A stretch of DNA of 64,000 nt, from positions 4,499-68,498 of the forward strand of contig CALMKZ010000002.1 of the NCBI GenBank assembly GCA_937869105.1. Reading direction: 5' to 3'. Origin of the DNA: an uncultured Cytophagales bacterium (lineage in GTDB: Bacteria > Bacteroidota > Bacteroidia > Cytophagales > Cyclobacteriaceae). Below, piece after piece: positions 55,478 through 64,000 of this stretch (within the stretch, counting starts at the first letter, position 1; each line of letters starts with the position of its first letter). The position numbers were made by a program, and so were the translations under genes. A model generated the notes under the pieces. It worked only from the letters and a program-made list of their open reading frames with translations, did not search any database and was not told the origin of the DNA.

Positions 55478-57226
55478 TTGTTTCTGTCTGACTGCAGCCT
55501 GAATCCCACAGAACATATTAACAACTTGTTGAATCAAGGGCGCTACCTGGAAGCGCGTACCCTGACCACCCGGCAATCAGCGAATTCTTCGGAACTCAGG
55601 ATAAAGCAATTGCATGCATTGGCACTTTCCAAATCCGGTACCCCACAAGCCGCAGTTGAATTTTTTGAACCCATCTACCACGAACATCCCGAAGATGCGG
55701 AGACGGCCGGTATCATGGGTGGCATCTATAAAGAATTGTTCAGACAAACGCGCCAACAATCTTTTGCCATTCTTTCGCGCGATGCCTATCAGAACAATTT
55801 TACAATCACAAGAAATTATTACACAGGCATCAATGCAGCCACGATGTCAGCGATCGCCGGCAAATTTCAACGAGGCCGTGAACTGGCCCAGGAAGTAATT
55901 GCGCTGCTCCCGGAACAACCCGCTGACTTCTGGGAACTGGTGACAAAGGCAGAAGCCGTGTTACTCAACAAAGATCCACGCCAAGCGGTCTCTTTGTATT
56001 ATCAGGCGCACCAGCTGGCCGGCCCCGATTGGGGCAAGCTCAACATTGTTTATAATCAGTTGTGGATGCTGAACCACTATCTGCTGGTGCCAGCCGAAAT
56101 CCTGAAACTATACAGCCCCCCTACGGTTGCTGTGCTGGTCGGACATATGATCGACAGCCCTACCCGTGCTGTCCCGCGCTTTCCCGCATCGGTTGAAGGC
56201 AAAGTACAGGAGGAACTCAACGCTGTTATCAAGGCCTCCAATATCAAAATCGGATATACGTCCCTTGCCTGTGGAAGTGATATAATGTTTGCTGAGGCTG
56301 TTCTTGCATCCGGGGGAGAAATCAATCTCTACGTTCCGTTCCGCCAGACGGATTTCATCGAGACGAGCGTCCGCTTTGCAGGTGAAAGCTGGGTTCAGCG
56401 CTTCCATCAATTGGCCGACCACCATTCCGTTCACTTCCTCACCCGCGAAGGATACCTCGGTAATGACGAGCTCTTTTCATTTCACGGCAGAATACTTTTC
56501 GGACTGGCCACTTTGCGGGGAAAACTCTTGCACGCTGAACCTCACCTGGTGACCATCCTGTCTGAACGGGACCGCACCCTCAAAGAAGGAGGTACGCGAG
56601 ATCTGCTGAAGCTTTGGCCCTTTCCTAAACACACCCATCACATCGATCCATCCAAATGGTTGCCACTTGCTCCTGCCCAAAAGGAATCCGCACCTGCGGA
56701 AACCGTTCCCGGCGGACAACCCAATCGGTTTGTGGCCTATATGGTTACCCTTTCGTTCAGTGGTCCCATTATGCTGGAAGTAACCCATGCCGCCGGTAAA
56801 ATGCAGGAAGAAACTTTGCAAGAATTAATTGCACTGGAACTTGAACCTGACCGGGTTCGCGCTGGTTTTACGTCATCGCATCGGGCCATTCGTTTCGCCA
56901 AAGACCTCGTACAGCTCATTCATCAGCGTAGCAAGCAGTCCGGATACCGGATTGGATTACATGCGGGTCCCGTTACCATCCAACATGTAAATGGAAAAAA
57001 GATGATGACGGGTGATCACGCGACGTTATTGAACAAGATCTACGACCTGACCATCGCCGGAAGCATTTGCGCCAGCGAAACGTTCGCTGCCTCCCTTGCC
57101 CTGGATGCCGGCACCTACGGTTTCGTTCAGACCGGTCAGGTACATCTCGGCGAAGAACTGGGTGACCACAACATCTATAGTATTGAATGGACGGGCAGCG
57201 AGGTTTCACAACATGTGCGCCGATGA
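55478..57226 (+). CDS. Three-module cytosolic protein: DUF4071/TPR-like N-terminus, SLOG/LOG-like Rossmannoid middle, degenerate class III nucleotide-cyclase-like C-terminus
   Basis: N-terminal module: ETAGIMGGIYKELF. Middle module: VAVLVGHMIDSPTRAVPRFP...LACGSDIMFAEAVLASGGEINLYVPF...SWVQRFHQL. C-terminal module: YRIGLHAGPV...GDHATLLNKIYDL, but there is no Asp at the expected first metal site (YMVTLSFSG). The ORF begins at a TTG. Confidence 0.55.
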   Translation: MFLSDCSLNPTEHINNLLNQGRYLEARTLTTRQSANSSELRIKQLHALALSKSGTPQAAVEFFEPIYHEHPEDAETAGIMGGIYKELFRQTRQQSFAILSRDAYQNNFTITRNYYTGINAATMSAIAGKFQRGRELAQEVIALLPEQPADFWELVTKAEAVLLNKDPRQAVSLYYQAHQLAGPDWGKLNIVYNQLWMLNHYLLVPAEILKLYSPPTVAVLVGHMIDSPTRAVPRFPASVEGKVQEELNAVIKASNIKIGYTSLACGSDIMFAEAVLASGGEINLYVPFRQTDFIETSVRFAGESWVQRFHQLADHHSVHFLTREGYLGNDELFSFHGRILFGLATLRGKLLHAEPHLVTILSERDRTLKEGGTRDLLKLWPFPKHTHHIDPSKWLPLAPAQKESAPAETVPGGQPNRFVAYMVTLSFSGPIMLEVTHAAGKMQEETLQELIALELEPDRVRAGFTSSHRAIRFAKDLVQLIHQRSKQSGYRIGLHAGPVTIQHVNGKKMMTGDHATLLNKIYDLTIAGSICASETFAASLALDAGTYGFVQTGQVHLGEELGDHNIYSIEWTGSEVSQHVRR

Positions 57227-57678
57227 GAATTCGCATCACACCCGCTTACACCGTTAGTTTTCTGCTGCTCCTCATCGTCATGATGGAACTGCACGAATTA
57301 GCACACATCACCGTTGGTCGGTGGTTGTGCGGATGCTGGGGACCCAGGGACTTTAATGTCTGGAACCTGTGTGATGGTTGTGAGTCAACACAACCCCACG
57401 CCTGGGTAGCCACTCTTACCGGACCGCTGTTTTCTTTTGTGATCATGTATCTGGGTATCCTGGGACTCCGCTCGACAGATCCAGTCCGCAAGTCAATCGC
57501 ATTCTCATTGATCTTTGCCAATATCCCGTTCGGTAGAATCACCACCGTGATGATGGGCGGTGGCGATGAAATGGTGGTGCTGAGAAGCTTGCTTCCGTCT
57601 CTTGACAGGTCATCACAAATTTGGATTGGTAGTGCGCTGCTGCTGATCGTTGGCGTGCCTCCGATCTATAAAGCATAA
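57223..57678 (+). CDS. Membrane-embedded HExxH protein (M50B-like putative zinc metalloprotease)
   Basis: The start has an ATGA overlap with the upstream stop. HELAH lies within the first TM segment, there is a later GGGDE, and the protein has about 4 TM segments. Confidence 0.5.
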   Translation: MRIRITPAYTVSFLLLLIVMMELHELAHITVGRWLCGCWGPRDFNVWNLCDGCESTQPHAWVATLTGPLFSFVIMYLGILGLRSTDPVRKSIAFSLIFANIPFGRITTVMMGGGDEMVVLRSLLPSLDRSSQIWIGSALLLIVGVPPIYKA

Positions 57679-57906
57679 ATGGCCGTCAGTAACCGTCGGT
57701 CCTGGCTCTATATCCTGGGGTTTATGACCGTGCCTTTAGCGTTCTTGCTGGTGTACACCCTGATCGGACTCAACTCACTGCTGAAGTCAGGGTTCATGAG
57801 TGAACCCTGGATATTGGGCACTCCACTGCTGATTACCCTGCACACGGCAATTGCCGCAGCATGGTTGCTGGTCGTCAGGAAGAAATTGGGAACCCTCGCC
57901 GATTAG
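57679..57906 (+). CDS. Small 2-TM membrane protein
   Basis: 75 aa. The ATG immediately follows the upstream TAA. Confidence 0.45.
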   Translation: MAVSNRRSWLYILGFMTVPLAFLLVYTLIGLNSLLKSGFMSEPWILGTPLLITLHTAIAAAWLLVVRKKLGTLAD

Positions 57907-60900
57907 CGTTGCACCACCAATCGTCCGGTTCTTACCCGTACCTGACCCGGAAGGTTTACTGTAAGCCGATAAACGTATACTCCTTCAAACAACGGATTTC
58001 CAAATGCGTCGGTGGCCGGGAGCACAATGGTATTCGTTCCTGGATGAAGAACCGGTAGATCCGACGCTGAAAGATCACGCACCAGACTGCCAGTTGCAGA
58101 GAACAGTTGCAACGAGTAATCGGATGGATCAGTAAGGGACTGCAGTTCAACGGTAAACCGGAATAAATCTGATGCCGGGTTGGGATAAACTGATTTCACG
58201 GCAAACCCATGGGTATCTTCCACCACAAAGGAAACTTCATACGGCAAAGGTCCACTGCTGTTGCCACTGCCATCAACGGCCTGTGCTGAAAGCCGGTACG
58301 TGCCTGGTTGCAGGTCTGTTGGATTAATCTCTACCGAAAAATCTGATGACGCCGTAGCCGGGTGCCACTGCACATGGGCTTTGTCTGAAAAGACAATGCG
58401 GCGGTACACGCAGTTCCGGGTACAAGGGTATTGCATAAAAAGGTCTATACCGAGCGTATCCGTTTTCAATCGGAAAGGGTTGGCGTCGCGAACGCGAATA
58501 AGCATGCGTGGGGAAGAAGAAACCACGTCGCCGTTCAATATAGTTCGCCCATCGATCGTAACGTCCAGTACCGGTGGTGTCTGGTCCCGGTTCACCTGGA
58601 GGCGATACTGCAGCGACAAGACGTTATTGTCGTATCCTGGTTCCGGAAGTATGCGGGGGTTCGCAAATACGGTTACATCGTTGCTCCCGGCCTTACCCAG
58701 GGTGGATGTTCGAACGATAAAGTGTGTGGTGTCGGAAGGAGCCGGAGCCTTGATCCGGAACCGATTCACTTCCCGGTTACCTGCATCGGAGGAAAATATG
58801 TCCACCGAAACCGTGATGGAATCCGTAAAGTTGATCGCCGAAAGATTTGCAAAGCCATAGGTCGCCGACCAGGGCTGCCCTTCCTGCAACACTTCCCCGG
58901 ATCTTGTTCCATGGTAGGTCAACATCCCTTCTGCCATTGGAGTGTACGAAACCAACCAATGTCGCAAACGAACCGGTGACAAGTCGATAGAGTCTGCAGA
59001 AGAAAGTTTCAAGCGCAGGTATGGATATGTGACGGCACTAATGTCTGTCAGGAGGGTACTACCGCCAACGGCTGTTTTCAAAGGCGTGGCGTTACCATTG
59101 ATATCCAACCCCTCCACCGAAACGGAGAATTGGTCCGATGGACCAACATCTTTAAAGTGCTGGGTTAGCTGACTCCAGGCTTGAGCCGGACCGATGGTCA
59201 CCGTGGCCATAGACCCGGAAGCCCCCCGGCCCGTAATGGTGCGGCTTGCAGAAAGCGATTGCGCATTGACCGGTGAGGTCGTTGGCCGGACTACCTTCGC
59301 GGCATTGGCCGGTGCCCCTTTCATGCCAAAAATAATAAACGGCTCACCGGGTGAAAGCGTGGACAACTGCCCCGCACCAATACCAAGCTGGGTGAGGGCC
59401 GTCTTCACATTCGTTGACCACGAGGCATAGCCGGCATCGCCCATCGAATACAAAAGCACCGAGTCACCCGCCTTCACCTGGCTTATCCACGTCAGCAGAT
59501 CATTGCTGCCAGTTTCAAGTTCATTCGACAAAAAGTTATTAATCACCTGCGGTGCCCGGCCGCATGCGCGCGGATCGAAGAAACTCTCAAAATTAATTCC
59601 TGCGTAGGGTGCCGAAGAGAATTTATCAAATGCGATCAGGTTCAGGGAGTTGTTTCTGCATGGTTGCTCCTGCGTTGCAATATTCAGTTCATCGCCATTG
59701 AGCTTGAGCGAAACGCTGGTAAATGGATTGCCATTCGCAGAACCAAACGTGGTGATATCCAGCGACGAAGTTGTTTGTGGAAAAACAAGCCTGCGTATCC
59801 CCTCGTTCCGTGTCAAACCGGTAAGCGCATTGTCGGCCGTTTGGGCGAAAGACAACTGGGCCCAACCTTCTGCTCCTTGTTTGATATAGGAAAAGGTACT
59901 GACCGTCCAACTGGTGCTTTCTCCTGATAAGGGATTGGCCAATCGCGTGCGCCAGAAATAAGTGGTTGAATCACTCGACAGCAGACTGATCGATAAACGC
60001 GCCAGCACCTTTCCGGTCGCCACCTGCCGCTTCAAATAAGGACTGTCGAAAGTGGCTGCGGTATCTACCTCAACCTGAAAAGACCTTGAGGCTGACATGA
60101 GATCGGTATGCTGAAACATCAGGTCTACTGCAGACTTGTTAAGTACCGCGTAATTCACCGGAAAGATATTGCGCGTGCCATTGGTCGGAATAAAAAAGCC
60201 AATGGTAGCCTTGTTGTTGGTCTCATTGAGTTCGGGAACTGTGTGTGCCGGGTCCAATTCAATGGTAAAGGCATTTTGTCCGAACTCTTTATCAGTCCTG
60301 CCGCGGTGCACCACATATTGCAATACATCCTGATACATGACAGGTGCATAGGTGGTGTCCTTCACAATGGTTGTATTGTCGCTAAGGGTCCGCGTGATGC
60401 GCACCGTCAACGGTGTTTGTTGCGCACGTCCAAAGTTCCGGACCGTGAAGTTAATAGCAAATGACTTCGACAATGCATTGACCGGCTTGCTGTCGAGGCT
60501 TTGAACGGACACGGTTCCCGCATTGATTTCGTAATCCGGCGCCGATGCACCAAACAAAGACACAGCTGGATCACCTAGCAGCACCATTTGCTGCACTTGC
60601 GAAACGGATTGCAAATCAACGCCAGATGAGAGATATCTGATCGCGACCTCCTGCTGTACTTCGCCGATGCCGCGGTGCAGGAAGGTGGAATCACCATAGG
60701 CCACTGAATAAAAAATATCAGAATATTGTTTAAGGGTTGTTGTGAAGCCGAAGGAACTATGCGCAATAAACAGCCTTGCACCTTTACCCGATGTAAGCAT
60801 CCAGTCCTCGCCAAATGAAGTTCGGTTAGAAAAGAACTGACCTGCATTACATCCATTGATCAGAAAGCCCGGGTACTTGCCTTTGTTATTATAACCTAAC

Positions 60901-62879
60901 TTCGGGTCACTCACATTGCCGATATCAATGTCAATGGTGCCGGGACCTGAGTGACCAAAAAAGGTAATCAGGTTGAGTCCCCGATTAACCTGGTCCTTGA
61001 CATTGACCAGTTCAACATTCAGGCTTTGCTTGCCGATGGTTTCAACTTTTCCGCCCAGATAGAATCCCTCGGCTATTGATTTGAAACCATCGGTATACGA
61101 ACGAAAAACGGCCGGTTCGCCTTCATGAATCCCTCCGCTGAGGTGCAACAGGTTCTTTCTCCACAGCGCATCAAAGGGCGCAGCTTCCGTTTCCTTTATC
61201 TTGTTAAGGTATCCCGCAACCTGATCGGCAGTGCTTGCAGTCAATCTACCTGTGGGAATTGCAGGCACATGGGGTACGCCGTTCAAGCCGGCGCTGAAGG
61301 CCATATCACTCGCCGGCCATCCTGCCGTGGGTACCAGGTCATGAAAATCCACTGAGGTGATTGATGCATTGCGATAAAATCCCTGTGTGACATCCAATCC
61401 TTTGCCAATCAAAAAAAGGAATCGGGTGTGGCCGCCACTTATCAGGTACTTGGCAAACTGAAAGATGGCCCTGGGTGAAGTCTCACCATAGTTGAATTGG
61501 TCATACAACTGATCGATATTCATCACGAGTGTGTCGTATTGTCCCCCCGCTGCCGAAGCCCTGTAGGCCGCATAGGCCTTCACAGGATCAGCATAACCCG
61601 ATGCACTTTTTCTTAAGGAACGGTGCGTCACGACCACATATCCGGCCGTAGACGGTTGCACGGATCTGAAGGTCACCTTTCGAAGTACCGAAGAAAGCGT
61701 CGAAGCACTGATGTAGATCGTGCGTTGATTATTAGTGCCATCAATTACCACGCCCGTTCCGCCGGATACCGGGGTTGTTCCCAACTGTCCCACATTTTCC
61801 GGACTGGATATATCCCAGACACGGGCATTGGCTGGCGCATTCGCGACGACAAGGTATGATCTGCCATTACCGTTCAGTTCCAGGTTAAGAATCTTTTCAG
61901 TGACGCCGGTGAGATCAAAGTTGCGTGCGTATGACAAGCGTACATAACATACATTGATCTGATCACGGACTCCACTGTTGATCAACTGAGTCCGCACCAC
62001 AAGCTTACCATCAGAACCGATATCGGACCAGTTCAAGCCCAATTTTACGGTTGCCGCGGAATACCCGGCCAGGGAAGTGGTCGTCACCAATCGAGCCGAA
62101 CCACCTGTAGGTCCCACATAGATATTAACCGAATGTGACTGATCCGACTGACCCAACAATAGCACCTCGAGTTCTGGGCCACTTGCGGCGGTGAATTGAC
62201 CAGTCAGGTTGTTGATGGTAAAATCGGCAAATCCTGCGCATCCTCCCGAGCCAACACATACGCCCGGACTCGTCCAGCCCTCTCCTGCGTCAAAGGCAGT
62301 GTCTTCTATCTCGTCACCCAGCGTAAGCCCATAGGCATAAGCACTGGTCAGCAACAACAACTTCTCTTCATAGGCATAATTCTCTTTTAGCAGACCGCCA
62401 GCGTTTGGCTGTGAAAAAGACGACATCCGTTTGCCCAGAACGGGAAGGGGATTCCACGTTAAAAAATAGGCAGCGGTATCACTGTATAAATTATAATAGG
62501 TATGCGGTTGTGTGCCGGGCTTGTAAAGATCGCCGTCAAGGGTACCATCATTTTTCCTTCCATAGAACTCGATATAATCTGACGTGTCAAAAACAGCATC
62601 ATTTTCTCCGCTTACAAAAATGGCCTGCTCTTTACCGCGGTGGTATAAATTAATCCTGCGCGGGTCAATGCCCGAAAGGGGTAATCCTGCGGCCTGAAGA
62701 TCCGCGTAGGTTAATTTATATATGCCAGTCTGGGCGACTGGTATCTTGTAGTAAGTCTGCCCGTAGTTGATCCACTCATTAGAAAACTGGCCACTGGAGG
62801 GGGTGGCATGGGCCATCAGCACCAGGACGCAAACCGCCTTTACCGCACTTCTCCATACCGTTTGGTCCACCATCATCAC
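57903..62879 (-). CDS. Peptidase C25 (gingipain-like) family giant protein, PorU/PorU2-like, with T9SS C-terminal sorting domain
   Basis: 1658 aa with a signal peptide. The N-terminus reads EWINYGQTYYKIPVAQTGIYKLTY. Candidate catalytic motifs are ITFFGHSGPG (His) and FLINGCNAGQFF (Cys). The C-terminal domain reads VYPNPASDLFRF...GVYVYRLTV. Confidence 0.65.
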   Translation of the reverse strand: MMMVDQTVWRSAVKAVCVLVLMAHATPSSGQFSNEWINYGQTYYKIPVAQTGIYKLTYADLQAAGLPLSGIDPRRINLYHRGKEQAIFVSGENDAVFDTSDYIEFYGRKNDGTLDGDLYKPGTQPHTYYNLYSDTAAYFLTWNPLPVLGKRMSSFSQPNAGGLLKENYAYEEKLLLLTSAYAYGLTLGDEIEDTAFDAGEGWTSPGVCVGSGGCAGFADFTINNLTGQFTAASGPELEVLLLGQSDQSHSVNIYVGPTGGSARLVTTTSLAGYSAATVKLGLNWSDIGSDGKLVVRTQLINSGVRDQINVCYVRLSYARNFDLTGVTEKILNLELNGNGRSYLVVANAPANARVWDISSPENVGQLGTTPVSGGTGVVIDGTNNQRTIYISASTLSSVLRKVTFRSVQPSTAGYVVVTHRSLRKSASGYADPVKAYAAYRASAAGGQYDTLVMNIDQLYDQFNYGETSPRAIFQFAKYLISGGHTRFLFLIGKGLDVTQGFYRNASITSVDFHDLVPTAGWPASDMAFSAGLNGVPHVPAIPTGRLTASTADQVAGYLNKIKETEAAPFDALWRKNLLHLSGGIHEGEPAVFRSYTDGFKSIAEGFYLGGKVETIGKQSLNVELVNVKDQVNRGLNLITFFGHSGPGTIDIDIGNVSDPKLGYNNKGKYPGFLINGCNAGQFFSNRTSFGEDWMLTSGKGARLFIAHSSFGFTTTLKQYSDIFYSVAYGDSTFLHRGIGEVQQEVAIRYLSSGVDLQSVSQVQQMVLLGDPAVSLFGASAPDYEINAGTVSVQSLDSKPVNALSKSFAINFTVRNFGRAQQTPLTVRITRTLSDNTTIVKDTTYAPVMYQDVLQYVVHRGRTDKEFGQNAFTIELDPAHTVPELNETNNKATIGFFIPTNGTRNIFPVNYAVLNKSAVDLMFQHTDLMSASRSFQVEVDTAATFDSPYLKRQVATGKVLARLSISLLSSDSTTYFWRTRLANPLSGESTSWTVSTFSYIKQGAEGWAQLSFAQTADNALTGLTRNEGIRRLVFPQTTSSLDITTFGSANGNPFTSVSLKLNGDELNIATQEQPCRNNSLNLIAFDKFSSAPYAGINFESFFDPRACGRAPQVINNFLSNELETGSNDLLTWISQVKAGDSVLLYSMGDAGYASWSTNVKTALTQLGIGAGQLSTLSPGEPFIIFGMKGAPANAAKVVRPTTSPVNAQSLSASRTITGRGASGSMATVTIGPAQAWSQLTQHFKDVGPSDQFSVSVEGLDINGNATPLKTAVGGSTLLTDISAVTYPYLRLKLSSADSIDLSPVRLRHWLVSYTPMAEGMLTYHGTRSGEVLQEGQPWSATYGFANLSAINFTDSITVSVDIFSSDAGNREVNRFRIKAPAPSDTTHFIVRTSTLGKAGSNDVTVFANPRILPEPGYDNNVLSLQYRLQVNRDQTPPVLDVTIDGRTILNGDVVSSSPRMLIRVRDANPFRLKTDTLGIDLFMQYPCTRNCVYRRIVFSDKAHVQWHPATASSDFSVEINPTDLQPGTYRLSAQAVDGSGNSSGPLPYEVSFVVEDTHGFAVKSVYPNPASDLFRFTVELQSLTDPSDYSLQLFSATGSLVRDLSASDLPVLHPGTNTIVLPATDAFGNPLFEGVYVYRLTVNLPGQVRVRTGRLVVQR

Positions 62880-63042
62880 CTAATAACAACCTGAATACGG
62901 CCGAATTTGGTATAGTAAATCCTCGAAATCAGCCGATTTTGAAGGAATCCAAAGATAATTCAAAAAAATGCAAATAGTACTTGGCCATACATAGTACTTT
63001 ACACGTATACGTTCCTGTGAGTGACTTACTAAATGAGGCTGT

Positions 63043-63384
63043 ATGAATCTGGAAAACACACAAGTTCAAATGAGGAAGGGCATATTAGAATATTGCATCC
63101 TCCATATTATTTCGCGGGGTGAAGTTTACGCCTCCGATATGATCGATGAATTAACCGCCGCACGTATGATCGTCGTGGAAGGTACCCTCTACCCCCTGTT
63201 AACACGTTTGAAAAACTCGGGGCTGGTAGAATACAAATGGGTAGAATCCAAGTCCGGACCTCCCCGCAAGTATTATAAGCTTACCGAACCGGGACAGAGT
63301 TTCCTGCAGGGACTTACCGAAACCTGGAATGAACTGATTCACTCCACCCGGCAGATCACCGAAAAGTCCACCACCAACGTTTAA
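63043..63384 (+). CDS. PadR family transcriptional regulator
   Basis: 113 aa. Motifs seen: GILEYCILHIISRGEVYASDMIDEL...EGTLYPLLTRLKNSGLV. Confidence 0.85.
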   Translation: MNLENTQVQMRKGILEYCILHIISRGEVYASDMIDELTAARMIVVEGTLYPLLTRLKNSGLVEYKWVESKSGPPRKYYKLTEPGQSFLQGLTETWNELIHSTRQITEKSTTNV

Positions 63385-63417
63385 TTCTTACCCATTTCCT
63401 ATCTTTTTGATTGAGCT

Positions 63418-64000
63418 ATGAAAAAGAACATCAGCATCAACATCAGCGGCATCATCTTTCACATCGAAGAAGATGGCTACGATACGCTGCGCAAGTACCT
63501 GGATTCCGTCAACAGCTACTTTGCCTCGTTTGAGGACAACTCCGAAATTCTGGCAGACATTGAAGGACGCATTGCTGAAATCTTTCTGTCCAAACTAAAC
63601 GATGGCAAGCAGGTAATTACCGCTGAAGACGTGCAGGCGCTCATCGCCACCATGGGTAGTGTGAGTGATTTCAAGGCTGCCGAAGAGCAGGAATTTGCCG
63701 GTGGCGCTACCGCTGCACCCAAACAGGAGGCCAAAGCCAACTATTATAAAAACAAACGCCTTGTTCGCGACGCGCAACGCAAAATCCTGGGTGGTGTGTG
63801 TGCCGGTCTCGGACACTACTTCAGTGTGGATCCCGTATGGCCCCGGGTATTGCTCGCACTCCTCACCATTGGTACTTCAGGGATATTTCTGATTGTTTAT
63901 GTGGTGATGTGGATTGTACTGCCCGCCGAGCAGTTAGACGATGAACCAACCGTGAAGAAAATGTACCGCGACCCGGACAAAAAAGTAATTGGCGGTGTGG
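63418..64000 (+). CDS. PspC domain-containing protein (partial, continues past window end)
   Basis: My own translation from the ATG at 63418 gives MKKNISINISGIIFHIEEDGYDTLRKYLD...RDAQRKILGGVCAGLGHYFSVDPVWPRVLL... There is no stop in the window. A PspC gene after PadR is a typical partner arrangement. Confidence 0.75.
   Translation, partial: MKKNISINISGIIFHIEEDGYDTLRKYLDSVNSYFASFEDNSEILADIEGRIAEIFLSKLNDGKQVITAEDVQALIATMGSVSDFKAAEEQEFAGGATAAPKQEAKANYYKNKRLVRDAQRKILGGVCAGLGHYFSVDPVWPRVLLALLTIGTSGIFLIVYVVMWIVLPAEQLDDEPTVKKMYRDPDKKVIGGV

Overview
The window reads as a Bacteroidota chromosome segment. The evidence is T9SS C-terminal sorting domains, a CarboxypepD_reg-type TonB receptor followed by DUF4249 lipoproteins, a GxxExxY protein, and a Nudix-type arabinose regulator. 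Most of it is about 50% GC housekeeping and catabolic DNA. This includes a 10.5 kb arabinan/L-arabinose operon (GH51, two DUF1680/GH127-type genes, Nudix regulator, araB-araD-araA). It also includes a TonB receptor with four tandem DUF4249 paralogs, tRNA-Leu(CAA), slyD, an NfnAB-like oxidoreductase pair, several amidohydrolase-superfamily genes, a huge C25 peptidase, and a PadR/PspC pair. The left end (1-4400) is clearly more AT-rich, high 30s % GC by eye. It carries a complete SPARTA-type defence operon (TIR-APAZ plus short pAgo, ATGA-coupled). A third tightly packed ORF follows and runs off the window; it looks like the N-terminus of an McrB-type restriction ATPase. Other items worth a second look: (1) a TIR-TM-PEGA-FGE/SUMF1-alpha/beta-hydrolase receptor-like protein. 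(2) A translationally coupled 3-gene cassette: a DUF4071-like/SLOG-like/degenerate cyclase-like protein, an HExxH membrane protease and a small 2-TM protein. (3) A 59-aa double-glycine-leader peptide gene that is below the ORF-track cutoff. (4) Two ~202-bp-period tandem arrays built from a 15-nt motif in alternating orientation, flanking the block that holds that peptide gene, with related repeats at 5040-5690. All family names come from reading motifs by eye. No searches were run.
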